64,000 nucleotides of DNA from Bacteroidales bacterium (GCA_020052415.1 JAGVPB010000078.1:146642-210641), one strand, 5' to 3'. Counted from the first letter of the stretch, positions 17,853 to 28,055 are shown. Notes: a model not told the origin generated them from the sequence alone. Numbers and translations: made by a program.

Positions 17853-20800
17853 ATGAGAAAGTGTACAATTTTACTAACTGTTTTGTTAATTGCCGGTACT
17901 TTTTGTTATTCTCAGAATATCAAGAAAGCACCGGCCAAGAAATTTACAAAAGATCAGATTGATACCCGTGTTGATAATATGGGTTATTGGATGGAAAAAG
18001 CCAAAATGGGGCTGGTTCCGTACAACCAGCCCATACCTGTTCCACCTGCTGAATACAAGGGCAATCAGATCAATGTAAAAGGTGTTAAGTCAGTTTTATC
18101 AACCGACGTACCTGTTACAAACCTGACTAATGTTACAGAGAGTGAGAATTCAGTGTTCGTTGATCCCAACAATGCCAACTATTTACTCAATTCTAATAAC
18201 TCAACCTCCTGGTCAGGGGGAAGTGTTGGAACTTTGTATGGAGCCAATTATTTTCAGTCAGCAGATGGAGGCACAACCTGGGGAGGAAGCTATCAGGGTG
18301 CAGGGGGCGCAAACTCTGGGGACCCAACTACAGCTATAGGTTTGAACGGAAGGGAATACGTGAACTTTATCAGTAATGCTTATGGTCAGGGTATTGCCTA
18401 TTCCGACAATGGAACAACCTGGTCAACGGCAACAGTGGCACCGAATCCCGGATCGATGGCAGATAAAAACCACATGTGGATAGACAATAGTCCCACAAGT
18501 CCATACGAAGGAAATTTATATGTGGCCTGGACTGATTTCGGGGGTGTAAATGATGCAGATATCGTGACAGCACGCTCCTCAAATGATGGAGTAACCTGGT
18601 CAGGTTTACAAAATCTCAGTTCAGCAGTAGCAGCCGGTAGCCATAACCAGGGCGTGAATATACAGACAGGCCCCAACGGAGAAGTATATATTTGCTGGGC
18701 GATTTACGACGGCTGGCCGACGGATGAAACAGCCATTGGATTTGCCAAATCAACCAACGGAGGAGTAAGTTATACAGCAGGAACAAGAATTAAAACGGGA
18801 CTTAAAGGTATCCGTACAAGCGGATCAGGAGGTAAAAACCACAGGGTTAATTCATTTCCGTCAATGGCAGTGGATATAAGCGGCGGAGCAAACAACGGAA
18901 ATCTTTACATTGTTTGGACTAACATTGGAACTCCTGGTGTGAATACCGGTACAAACCGAAGTGTTTATATGATCCGTTCCACCAATGGAGGTACCACCTG
19001 GTCAGCCGCAATAAAGGTTAACCAGAACGCCTTTGTAGATGGAAAGTCAGCCTATTTCCCCTGGATTAGCTGTGATCCTGAAACAGGAGTTTTGAGCACC
19101 GTTTTTTATGATGACAGAAATGTCACCTCGACCCAGAACGAAATATTCTCCGCTTACTCACTCGATGCTGGAACCACATGGACTGACTTTAAAGTAGGCG
19201 ATTTTGCTTTTACACCCACACCTATTTCAGGTCTGGCGAGCAGCTATATGGGCGATTATCTCGGTATTACTTCAAAAGGGGGAAAAGTATATCCCTGCTG
19301 GACAGAATACCGTGGCGGATTATTCATGACCTATGTATCGCCTTATGAACTGGGTTTGAATGCATCCTTTACTGCAAGTGCAACAACGATTTGTACTGGT
19401 TCAACAGTTACTTTTGACGATGTATCAACCGGAAGCCCCACTTCATGGAGCTGGAGTTTCCCCGGAGGAACACCTTCAAGCTATGTGGGCCAGAATCCCC
19501 CAGCTATCGCCTATAACAGCCCGGGAACTTATGATGTTTCGTTAACAGTTGGTGACGGTGCGGCCTTTGATACTGAAACCAAAGTCGGATATATTTCGGT
19601 TCAGAATATTATAGCCAATTTCTCAGGGGCTCCCACAACAGTTGTCGTTGGCAATACGGTTACATTTACCGATCTGTCTTCCTGCAGCCCAACTACTTGG
19701 TCATGGACCTTCACCGGAGGTACTCCGGCGAGTTATTCGGGTCAAACACCACCGGCAATTACCTACAATACAGTCGGAACGTATGATGTATCACTCATCG
19801 TAACCAAACCGGGTTCAAATGACACCGAAACAAAAACAGGATATATTACTGTTATACCGCCCGAATTCAATATGACTAACGGAACTGTTACTACCTGTAC
19901 AGGTAATTTCTATGATTCAGGAGGACCTACAGGTAACTATGTTGATAATGAAAATTATACAATGACCTTCTATCCTTCTACAACCGGCTCTATGATCCGG
20001 TTTGCATTCAGTTCTTTCATCTCGGAATCAAGCTACGATTATTTATACATCTATAATGGAGAAAACACCTCCGCTCCGCTTATCGGTACCTATAACGGAA
20101 CCACCGGGCCGGGTACGGTTACGGCTTCTAATGCTGCCGGAGCTTTGACTTTCCTCTGGACTTCCGATGTAAGCGTTGTTTATGCAGGCTGGGCCGCAAG
20201 CATCACATGTTACAGTACAACGGTTCCTCCCGTTGCTGATTTTACTGCATCCAGCATTACTCCTCCGATACTGTCAACAGTAACTTTTACCGATGCTTCT
20301 GCCAATTTCCCGACTTCATGGTCATGGTCATTTAATCCATCCACCATTACTTTTACAAACGGTACAAGCTCTACTTCGCAAAATCCTCAGGTTATTTTCA
20401 ATGACCTGGGATTATATGATGTTTCACTTACCTCTACCAATGCTTACGGTTCGGATAATGAAACTAAGAATGATTATATCAATGTGGTAAATTGCTCCTA
20501 TTGTACTGCAGGTGCGACAACCGGCAATGAAGAATGGATCGGTAATGTCACATTTAATACCATCAATAATTCGTCCGCAGCAGGAACCGGATATACAAAT
20601 TATACTGCAATTTCAACTGACGTGCTGCCCGGAAACAGTTATCCGGTTTCAGTCACATGCGGTTCCATTGGTACCTGGACAGAGCACATCTGGGTATTCA
20701 TTGATTTCAACCAGGATTGTGATTTTACCGATGCCGGAGAAAGCACTGACCTTGGTCAGGTATCAGGACCGGGAACACTCAGCGGCAGTATTACCGTGCC

Positions 20801-21596
20801 GGCTGGTGCGCTTCCCGGATCAACCCGATTGCGCGCTATGCTCAAATATAACGGTGATCCCACATCATGCGAAGCATACAGCTATGGAGAGACTGAGGAT
20901 TATACTGTTCATATTCCGGGCGCTAACCTGAGTGTTGACATCACGGCTTTCCTCGAAGGTCCTTTTGTGGGAACATCAATGGTACAGGGACTTGTCGGTT
21001 ATGTTCCCCTGAACCAGCCTTATAATGTAGCCCCCTGGAACTACACCGGAACTGAAAGTGTTGTTTCTATTCCCGCCAATGCCATTGACTGGGTTTTGAT
21101 CGAGCTTCGCGATGCGGCTTCAGCAGGTGTTGCTACCAGCGGCACAAGAATCGGCAGACAGGCTGCTTTCCTTAGAAATGACGGCAGAGTTATCGGACTA
21201 ACAGGAACTCCGGTTCTGGATTTTGGCGCCATTTCCTTTACCAGTAATTTATTCGCCGTGGTTCATCACCGCAATCATCTCAGCGTGATTTCTTCGGTAG
21301 GATTGACTCAAACAGGTGGCATATATACCTATAATTTTTCAACCGGCTCAGGCCAGGCTTTTGGCGGTACTACTGCACACAAACAGGTTGGTTCCGGTAT
21401 TTGGGGATTGTTTGCCGGTGACGGTAATAAAAACGGTTTGGTGGAAACCACCGATGAATCACCTACATGGGAAACCACGGCAGGTTCCCGCGGTTATCTT
21501 GGCAGTGATTATAACCTTGATTCGCAGTCGAACAACCTTGATAAAGACAACATCTGGGTGCCCAATTTAGGTTCTGGCAGCCAGGTCCCGAATTAA
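17853..21596 (+). CDS. Paralogue of the previous gene: BNR propeller, PKD x3, CUB, GEVED domain, LEGPF/HRNH + dockerin-like C-terminus
   Basis: Collinear with 13783-17694 up to the third PKD; then YC...EWIGNV.F...VFIDFNQDCDF.DAGE...TRLR...GETEDY (GEVED domain). Confidence 0.85.
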   Translation: MRKCTILLTVLLIAGTFCYSQNIKKAPAKKFTKDQIDTRVDNMGYWMEKAKMGLVPYNQPIPVPPAEYKGNQINVKGVKSVLSTDVPVTNLTNVTESENSVFVDPNNANYLLNSNNSTSWSGGSVGTLYGANYFQSADGGTTWGGSYQGAGGANSGDPTTAIGLNGREYVNFISNAYGQGIAYSDNGTTWSTATVAPNPGSMADKNHMWIDNSPTSPYEGNLYVAWTDFGGVNDADIVTARSSNDGVTWSGLQNLSSAVAAGSHNQGVNIQTGPNGEVYICWAIYDGWPTDETAIGFAKSTNGGVSYTAGTRIKTGLKGIRTSGSGGKNHRVNSFPSMAVDISGGANNGNLYIVWTNIGTPGVNTGTNRSVYMIRSTNGGTTWSAAIKVNQNAFVDGKSAYFPWISCDPETGVLSTVFYDDRNVTSTQNEIFSAYSLDAGTTWTDFKVGDFAFTPTPISGLASSYMGDYLGITSKGGKVYPCWTEYRGGLFMTYVSPYELGLNASFTASATTICTGSTVTFDDVSTGSPTSWSWSFPGGTPSSYVGQNPPAIAYNSPGTYDVSLTVGDGAAFDTETKVGYISVQNIIANFSGAPTTVVVGNTVTFTDLSSCSPTTWSWTFTGGTPASYSGQTPPAITYNTVGTYDVSLIVTKPGSNDTETKTGYITVIPPEFNMTNGTVTTCTGNFYDSGGPTGNYVDNENYTMTFYPSTTGSMIRFAFSSFISESSYDYLYIYNGENTSAPLIGTYNGTTGPGTVTASNAAGALTFLWTSDVSVVYAGWAASITCYSTTVPPVADFTASSITPPILSTVTFTDASANFPTSWSWSFNPSTITFTNGTSSTSQNPQVIFNDLGLYDVSLTSTNAYGSDNETKNDYINVVNCSYCTAGATTGNEEWIGNVTFNTINNSSAAGTGYTNYTAISTDVLPGNSYPVSVTCGSIGTWTEHIWVFIDFNQDCDFTDAGESTDLGQVSGPGTLSGSITVPAGALPGSTRLRAMLKYNGDPTSCEAYSYGETEDYTVHIPGANLSVDITAFLEGPFVGTSMVQGLVGYVPLNQPYNVAPWNYTGTESVVSIPANAIDWVLIELRDAASAGVATSGTRIGRQAAFLRNDGRVIGLTGTPVLDFGAISFTSNLFAVVHHRNHLSVISSVGLTQTGGIYTYNFSTGSGQAFGGTTAHKQVGSGIWGLFAGDGNKNGLVETTDESPTWETTAGSRGYLGSDYNLDSQSNNLDKDNIWVPNLGSGSQVPN

Positions 21597-21620
21597 TCAG
21601 GTAGAGTGATCTAAATTATG

Positions 21621-21651
21621 GCCTCCGGAGAATTCTTCGGGGGCTTTTTTT
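21621..21651 (+). terminator. Intrinsic terminator
   Basis: GCCTCCGGAG-AATT-CTTCGGGGGC followed by T7. Confidence 0.75.
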
Positions 21652-21672
21652 ATTTTTGCAGAAAAGAAAATC

Positions 21673-22125
21673 ATGAGGGCAGTCATTCAGCGTGTATCCA
21701 AGGCTTCGGTCGAAATCAACGGGATCATTAAGAATAAAATCGAAACCGGCTTGCTGGTCCTGCTTGGCATTGAAGAAGCCGACTCAACAGGGGACATTGA
21801 ATGGCTTTGCGGGAAAATTACACGTTTAAGGATTTTCCCAGACGAAAACCAGGTGATGAACCTTTCAGTGATGGAAGCAGATGGTGAAATAATGGTAATC
21901 AGCCAGTTCACATTACACGCGAGTACAAAAAAGGGAAATCGCCCCTCTTATATAAAAGCAGCAAAGCCTGAAACAGCGATTCCGTTGTACCATGAATTTA
22001 TAAGTCGTCTTGGAATGGAAACAGGCAAACAGATCAAAACAGGGGAGTTTGGAGCCATGATGGAGATCGGCCTTGTGAATTCTGGGCCGGTTACAATAAT
22101 TATTGATACAAAAAATAAGGAGTGA
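21673..22125 (+). CDS. dtd: D-aminoacyl-tRNA deacylase
   Basis: MRAVIQRV, SQFTL, GNRPS, FGA.M...LVNSGPVT. Confidence 0.97.
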   Translation: MRAVIQRVSKASVEINGIIKNKIETGLLVLLGIEEADSTGDIEWLCGKITRLRIFPDENQVMNLSVMEADGEIMVISQFTLHASTKKGNRPSYIKAAKPETAIPLYHEFISRLGMETGKQIKTGEFGAMMEIGLVNSGPVTIIIDTKNKE

Positions 22126-22500
22126 TCACTGAAGTTTTTCCATGAATCTTTTTAAATCAACGATGTACCTTGTGTGCGTCCCGATACCAATCATTCCTTT
22201 TTCGTCCCAGGCATGAACCTCAAAAACCAGTTTGTTATTTCTGACTTCTTTCAGGAAGGATTCACCCGTGACCTTTTCTCCAATTTTTGTAGCTTTTAAG
22301 TGTTTGACATTTATTTCAATACCAACAGTGGTTTGGCCTTCGGGCAAAAGGTGCTGAATGCTTTCCACTGCGGTGTTTTCCATCAACGCGATCATGGCCG
22401 GAGTAGAAAACGCGTCCACCAGGCCCGAACCATAACTTAGCGCCGAATGTGACTCGTTGGTCGTTATTTCCTTATGATGCCTGATACCGGGTTCCAACAT
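22126..22500 (-). CDS. FlK-like hotdog-fold thioesterase
   Basis: GSG...STPAMIALME...TVG.E.NVKHL.AT...G.H.R. Confidence 0.9.
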   Translation of the reverse strand: MLEPGIRHHKEITTNESHSALSYGSGLVDAFSTPAMIALMENTAVESIQHLLPEGQTTVGIEINVKHLKATKIGEKVTGESFLKEVRNNKLVFEVHAWDEKGMIGIGTHTRYIVDLKRFMEKLQ

Positions 22501-22507
22501 TTGTTTA

Positions 22508-22760
22508 GTTCAAAGTTTGAAGTTCGATGTTCGATGTTCCGGGTTCTGTGTTCTGAGTTCTGAGTTCAGGTTCTCTGTTCCGTGCTGGTTACTGGTTGCC
22601 CCGCAGAGCGGGATCTTCGCTTCGCTACGAATGGTTGCTGGTTTGACTTGCTATGCTCAAGTCTCATTTCTCATTTCTCACTCCCAATACCCAAATCCCT
22701 TCACCCCGCTCCCGGCTCCCTGCTCCCCTGCTCCCAGCTCCCTGCACCACGCTCCCTGCT
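22508..22760. repeat. Intergenic degenerate heptamer tandem repeats with a central small hairpin
   Basis: (GTTCNNN)x~11 at 22508-22583; CCCGCAGAGCGGG hairpin; (TCTCATT)n then (CCCTGCT)-like x~11 at 22662-22760. Confidence 0.85.
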
Positions 22761-23166
22761 AATATTTAAACTCAATTGTCTTTTTCAAATCCGGGTGCAA
22801 ACTCAGATAAACCGGGCAGGTAAATGCCGAGCGCTCGATGATCTTTTTCTGCTTATCAGTATAACCATTCATAGGGAAGGTAAGTTCAATCTTAACCTCG
22901 CCAACCCTTCTCGGATCGGATGCCATGATCTTCCAGATTTTTACCTTTGTGCCGTCAATATTAAATTCATGCTCTCTTGCTGCAATTCCCATTATCGTGA
23001 GCATGCAGCTTCCCAGCGATGTTGCCAGCAGGTCGGTGGGTGAAAATGACTCGCCCTTTCCTTTATTATCCGGAGGAGCGTCGGTTATCAGTTGTGTCCC
23101 CGACCTTACATGCGTTGCCTGAGTTCTTAAATCACTGAGATAAATTGTAGTAATCGTTTCTTCCAT
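22759..23166 (-). CDS. OsmC/YhfA family protein
   Basis: TDAPPDNKGKGESFSPTDLLATSLGSC...CPV; start placed at ATG 23166. Confidence 0.92.
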   Translation of the reverse strand: MEETITTIYLSDLRTQATHVRSGTQLITDAPPDNKGKGESFSPTDLLATSLGSCMLTIMGIAAREHEFNIDGTKVKIWKIMASDPRRVGEVKIELTFPMNGYTDKQKKIIERSAFTCPVYLSLHPDLKKTIEFKY

Positions 23167-23322
23167 TATTATTGAATGAGTGGGCAAAGTTATAAAATCC
23201 AAATGAGAAGAATTTTATAAACTAATAACCGAAATAACCTGGGATAATAATTTCCATTTTCCTTTATCAGATGAATTGAAAATGATTATTTTCGCCAATT
23301 ATTTGTAAATTAATTCATTCCC

Positions 23323-26300
23323 ATGGAATTATTTAAAAAGCTAAACCGTATCATTGGGTGGGTTGTATTCGCCATCGCAACCCTCGTATATTTTCTCACC
23401 GTTGAGCCGACGGCAAGCTGGTGGGATTGTGGCGAATATATTTCAACAGCTTATAAGCTCCAGGTCGGACATCCTCCCGGAGCGCCTTTATTCCAGTTGT
23501 TAGGGCGGTTTTTTTCGCTCTTTGCCTTCGGAGATGTTTCGAGGGTGGCTCTTATGATAAATATTATGTCGGCGCTGAGCAGCAGTTTCACCATTCTTTT
23601 TCTTTTCTGGACCATTACTCACCTCGCAAAGAAAATAGCCATTCTTTCGGGTGAAATGAATGCAGGAAAAATGTACGCCGTCCTCGGAAGTGGCGTAGTC
23701 GGGTCACTGGCTTACACATTTTCAGATTCTTTTTGGTTTTCGGCGGTTGAAGGTGAAGTTTATGCCATGTCGTCGTTATTTACAGCCGTTGTTTTCTGGG
23801 CCATGCTTCAGTGGGAAGAGGACGCCGACGAAAAACATTCCATCCGTTGGATACTTCTTATCGCCTACCTCATAGGCTTGTCAATTGGAGTGCACCTTCT
23901 TAATTTGTTAGCCATTCCTGCAATTGCTTTCGTGTATTATTTTAAAAAATACAAACCAACGAGTAAAGGTATGATTTTAACTGCCATCATTTCCGTGGTG
24001 CTCATAGGCATTATCATGACCGGCATAATTCCCTGGATCGTTAAACTTTCAAGCCTGTTTGAGCTGCTTTTTGTCAATTCATTCGGGCTGCCGTTCAATT
24101 CGGGAACCGCATTTTACTTCATTGTTTTAATCGGATTGATTGTCTGGGGTCTCAGATATACCATAAAGAAAGGAAAAGTAATGCTGAATTATGTTCTGCT
24201 GAGCTTCACTTTTATTTTAATCGGTTATTCATCTTTTTTTGTGATCATCATCCGGTCGAATGCCAATCCGCCCATTGATGAAAACAGCCCGGAGGATGCC
24301 ATCAGCCTGCTTTCCTACCTTGCCCGTGAGCAATATGGCGACTGGCCTATTATGTATGGCCAGTATTATAATGCGCCTACAATTGACCTTAAGGATGGTA
24401 ATCCTGTGTATGTTAAAGATGTAAAAAAGGGCAGGTATGTGATCACGGATGACAGGAAGGACACCGAGCCGGTTTATGACCCGAGGTTTACAACGATTTT
24501 CCCGAGGATGTGGAGCAATCAGAAAACAGCTCACATAGAAATGTACAAGCAATATGGAAAAGTAAAAGGCATACCGATTGAGGTTGACGACGGAGAAAAA
24601 ACAGAAACCAGAATAAAGCCTACATTCGGTGAAAACCTGAGGTTTTTCTTTACCTACCAGATCGGCCACATGTATTTACGCTATCTGATGTGGAATTTTT
24701 CGGGACGTCAAAATGATATTGAAAGTCAGGGTGAGGCTGAAAATGGAAATTGGCTCACGGGTTTTAAATGGTTTGATGAAAAGATACTGGGACTTGGCCC
24801 TCAGGATAATCTGCCTGACAGCATGAGGAATCCGGCACGGAATAAGTTTTATATGCTTCCTTTTTTACTTGGATTGGCTGGTTTGTTTTATCACCTGAAA
24901 GTTCATAAACAGGATACATTGCTGGTCGCTCTGTTGTTTATTATGACCGGGCTTGCCATTGTGGTCTATCTGAACCAGTATCCTTATCAGCCCCGTGAAC
25001 GTGATTATGCATACGCGGGTTCATTTTATGCCTATGCCATCTGGATTGGCCTGGGAGTAATGGCTCTTGCCGAATGGCTGGGTAAAAAACTGGAACCTAA
25101 GATCGCAGCCATTTCGGTTTCAGTGGTTACACTGCTTGCCGTGCCGGTGGTTATGGCCACCCAGGGCTGGAACGATCATGACCGTTCAGGAAAATATGCT
25201 GCACTCGATTTTGCCGCAAATTATCTTAACTCATGCGAACCCAACGCGATTCTTTTTACAAACGGTGATAATGATACATTCCCTTTATGGTATGCACAGG
25301 AAGTTGAAGGCATAAGAACCGACGTAAGGGTGGTGAATTTCATGCTTGCTTCGGGTCACTGGTATATTCACCAAATGATGAATAAGGCTTACAAGTCCGA
25401 ACCGTTACCATTTACACTCACCTACGACCAATATCAGAACGGTGTGAATAATGCAGTGGTTTTTTATAATACAAAAATCCAGGGTAATGTTGAGTTAAAG
25501 CAGGTTATTGACTTTATTGCCAGCGAAAATGAAGGGTCAAAGGTTACTTTATCGAGTGGAGAAAGAATTAATTTTTCTCCAACCAAAAAGTTTAAGCTGA
25601 CCATTGATCCGGCAACCATTATGAAGAACAAGGCTGTGCCGCCTTACATGGCTGATCAGATTGTCCCCTCAATTGAATGGGAGGTAAAACAAAATTATCT
25701 GTACAAGAATGACCTGATGCTGCTCGATATTATTGCAACAAATAACTGGGAACGCCCCATATATTTTGCGAATCCTAACAGCATCAATAAAGTTTTGGGT
25801 ATTGAAAGTTATTGTCATCTCGAAGGCATGGTTTACAGGTTTATGCCTGTAAAAGCTGAAAATTTCATTTCCGGAGTCGGCGGTGTGGATGCTGATGGAT
25901 CGTACGATATATTCATGAACAAGTGTAAATGGGGAAACCTTAAGACACCGGGTATCTATGTTGACAGGGAAAGTGCGAGAAATTCAATCATTCCCAAGCA
26001 AAATTTTATGCGTGTTGCCGAAAGCCTTGTTACGAACGGTGAAAAGCAAAAAGCGATTAACCTGCTCGATTTATGCCTGAAAGAGTTTCCGGATAATAAA
26101 ATTACTTACGATATGTATATGATTCCCTTTGCTGATGTGTATTATGAGGCCGGGGCAATGGAAAAAGGAAATGCTATTGCTGAAAGGGTGTTCAATATCT
26201 ATCGCCAGAACCTTGAATATTACAACCGGTTGAATAACCGGCTGTTTAAATATTATGAAACCGATTATAACCAGGCACTTACTGTCATTCAGCGTCTTTC

Positions 26301-26385
26301 AATGATGACTAAAATGAATAAGCAGACCGAACTTTATAATAAGATTGATACTATATTTCAGGAACAATTAAAGATTTTGAAATAA
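23323..26385 (+). CDS. DUF2723 integral membrane protein (GT-C/TMEM260-like putative glycosyltransferase)
   Basis: WDCGEYI...HPPGAP, FWFSAVEGEVY, PRERDY, GDNDTFPLWY; many TM helices. Confidence 0.9.
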   Translation: MELFKKLNRIIGWVVFAIATLVYFLTVEPTASWWDCGEYISTAYKLQVGHPPGAPLFQLLGRFFSLFAFGDVSRVALMINIMSALSSSFTILFLFWTITHLAKKIAILSGEMNAGKMYAVLGSGVVGSLAYTFSDSFWFSAVEGEVYAMSSLFTAVVFWAMLQWEEDADEKHSIRWILLIAYLIGLSIGVHLLNLLAIPAIAFVYYFKKYKPTSKGMILTAIISVVLIGIIMTGIIPWIVKLSSLFELLFVNSFGLPFNSGTAFYFIVLIGLIVWGLRYTIKKGKVMLNYVLLSFTFILIGYSSFFVIIIRSNANPPIDENSPEDAISLLSYLAREQYGDWPIMYGQYYNAPTIDLKDGNPVYVKDVKKGRYVITDDRKDTEPVYDPRFTTIFPRMWSNQKTAHIEMYKQYGKVKGIPIEVDDGEKTETRIKPTFGENLRFFFTYQIGHMYLRYLMWNFSGRQNDIESQGEAENGNWLTGFKWFDEKILGLGPQDNLPDSMRNPARNKFYMLPFLLGLAGLFYHLKVHKQDTLLVALLFIMTGLAIVVYLNQYPYQPRERDYAYAGSFYAYAIWIGLGVMALAEWLGKKLEPKIAAISVSVVTLLAVPVVMATQGWNDHDRSGKYAALDFAANYLNSCEPNAILFTNGDNDTFPLWYAQEVEGIRTDVRVVNFMLASGHWYIHQMMNKAYKSEPLPFTLTYDQYQNGVNNAVVFYNTKIQGNVELKQVIDFIASENEGSKVTLSSGERINFSPTKKFKLTIDPATIMKNKAVPPYMADQIVPSIEWEVKQNYLYKNDLMLLDIIATNNWERPIYFANPNSINKVLGIESYCHLEGMVYRFMPVKAENFISGVGGVDADGSYDIFMNKCKWGNLKTPGIYVDRESARNSIIPKQNFMRVAESLVTNGEKQKAINLLDLCLKEFPDNKITYDMYMIPFADVYYEAGAMEKGNAIAERVFNIYRQNLEYYNRLNNRLFKYYETDYNQALTVIQRLSMMTKMNKQTELYNKIDTIFQEQLKILK

Positions 26386-26426
26386 TAGTCAATCGGCTAC
26401 ATTTTTATTTGAAGTGCTGGCAAATT

Positions 26427-27147
26427 ACATCCCGAAGGGATAGCTTAATTCAGCCCAATAGCAGCGCTTTGGGTTAAGCGGAATTTACATATCTTTACCA
26501 TCGCCCTGAAAGGGCAGCTTAAATATTGTTCATTATGGGTCAGTCTTTATCGAAATTATTTGTACATGTAATTTTCCACACAAAGAATAACCATGTCTTA
26601 ATTCAACATCAGGATAAGAAAGAATTATATGCATACATGGGTTCAATAATCAAAGACAACGGTTCAATTCCAATATTAATAAATGGTATGGAAGACCATG
26701 TCCATATCTTATGCATAATGTCGAAAAATATTGCACTTGCAAAATTTGTCGAAGAGATTAAACGTCATAGCAGCAGGTGGATTAAAAGTAAAGGAGCGCA
26801 TTATCGTTTGTTTGCGTGGCAGAATGGTTATTCGGGATTTTCTGTAAGTTCATCAGTGGTTGATAAAACCAGGCTGTACATTGAGAATCAGGAAGCGCAT
26901 CACAAGAAAATGACTTTCAAAGATGAATTGATAGCTTTCTTAAAAGAATTCAAAGTCGAATACAATGAAAAATATTTATGGTCTGATTAAGCTGCCCTTG
27001 CAGGGCGAGGCTGAATATCTCCAGACCTTCGTCCCAGGGCGTTGCCCATGGGCTAAAATAAATCAGGCTTTCAGCCATTCACTGAAAAATAAAAAATGTA
27101 AATGTCCTAAAAGCAATTCATTTTAGTATTCCGCTTTCTGGCACATC
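26427..27147 (+). mobile_element. IS200-like/REP-associated (REPtron-like) element
   Basis: Y1 transposase flanked by 22-bp inverted repeats TCGCCCTGAAAGGGCAGCTTAA (26501-26522 / 26987-27008, one mismatch) and outer hairpins. Extent defined by homology with the copy at 28056-28342. Confidence 0.85.
26535..26990 (+). CDS. tnpA: IS200/IS605-family Y1 (HUH) transposase
   Basis: HVIFHTK, DHVHIL (HUH), WQNGY, catalytic Y in YIENQEAHH. Confidence 0.93.
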   Translation: MGQSLSKLFVHVIFHTKNNHVLIQHQDKKELYAYMGSIIKDNGSIPILINGMEDHVHILCIMSKNIALAKFVEEIKRHSSRWIKSKGAHYRLFAWQNGYSGFSVSSSVVDKTRLYIENQEAHHKKMTFKDELIAFLKEFKVEYNEKYLWSD

Positions 27148-27189
27148 AAAATAAAATACAGCCTTACAATCCAACTGTGGTACCGATAC

Positions 27190-27978
27190 TTATATTTGTT
27201 TTTTCCTGGTCCACAACAGTAATCCGATCCCGGTAAGGATTAACGGAATGCTTAACAATTGGCCAAGGTTTAACATCATATTTGCTTCAAAACTAACCTG
27301 AGGCTCTTTAATGAATTCGATGATGAACCTTAATCCGAAAAGCAATATGAGGAATAACCCGAAAATAAAACCGGGTTTTAATTTTTGAGATTTTTTCAGG
27401 TAGATCTGATAGAGGATAATAAAAATCAGGAAATAACCCAACCCTTCATAAATTTGTGTAGGGTGTTTGGGAACCGTTTCACCTGCCCTTTCAAATATAA
27501 ATCCCCATGCTAAAGTCGTTTCCCTGCCATAAATTTCAGAATTCATGAGGTTGCCCGTGCGAATACAAAGGCCTGCCAAAGCGACTACAATAACAACCCT
27601 GTCCAAAATCCACAAGTACGATTTTTGCGTCTTTCTGGAAAAAAAATAAAGAGCAAGCAATATTCCTATAGCCGCACCATGACTTGCAAGGCCTCCTTCC
27701 CAGACTTTAAGGATTTCGATGGGATGGCTTAGGTAATATCCGGGTTCATAAAACAGGCAATGGCCAAGCCTGGCGCCGATCACCGTTCCAACGACCATGT
27801 ATGTTGTCAGGGTATCGAGGAATTTGGGTGGTAATTTTTCTTTGGTGAAAATTTTACCCATAATTATATAACCTAAAACAAATCCGAGCGCAAAAAGAAT
27901 CCCGTAATATCTGATGGCAAAACTACCAATGCGGAATATTTCAGGATTGACATTCCAGACTATTGAATTTAAGATCAT
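27190..27978 (-). CDS. lgt: Prolipoprotein diacylglyceryl transferase
   Basis: GARLGHCLFY, WEGGLASHG, RTGNLMNSEIYG, HPTQIYE, RFIIEFIK. Confidence 0.97.
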   Translation of the reverse strand: MILNSIVWNVNPEIFRIGSFAIRYYGILFALGFVLGYIIMGKIFTKEKLPPKFLDTLTTYMVVGTVIGARLGHCLFYEPGYYLSHPIEILKVWEGGLASHGAAIGILLALYFFSRKTQKSYLWILDRVVIVVALAGLCIRTGNLMNSEIYGRETTLAWGFIFERAGETVPKHPTQIYEGLGYFLIFIILYQIYLKKSQKLKPGFIFGLFLILLFGLRFIIEFIKEPQVSFEANMMLNLGQLLSIPLILTGIGLLLWTRKKQI

Positions 27979-28055
27979 GTGAATTAAAAATTTGTGTGCA
28001 AATATACGAAAGGACTATGTTCCTGGATAAATTATATTTTATGCGATGGTAAAAA

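Noticed and set aside
14575..18823. Diversity-generating retroelement TR/VR pair (many mismatches have A in the second copy)
   Set aside because: Mismatches are not exclusively at adenines, both copies lie mid-gene in coding paralogues, and no reverse transcriptase is in the window. Gene conversion is simpler.
22517..23043. Plus-strand ORFs of 81 and 153 aa
   Set aside because: Low-complexity translations of heptamer repeats and antisense to osmC.
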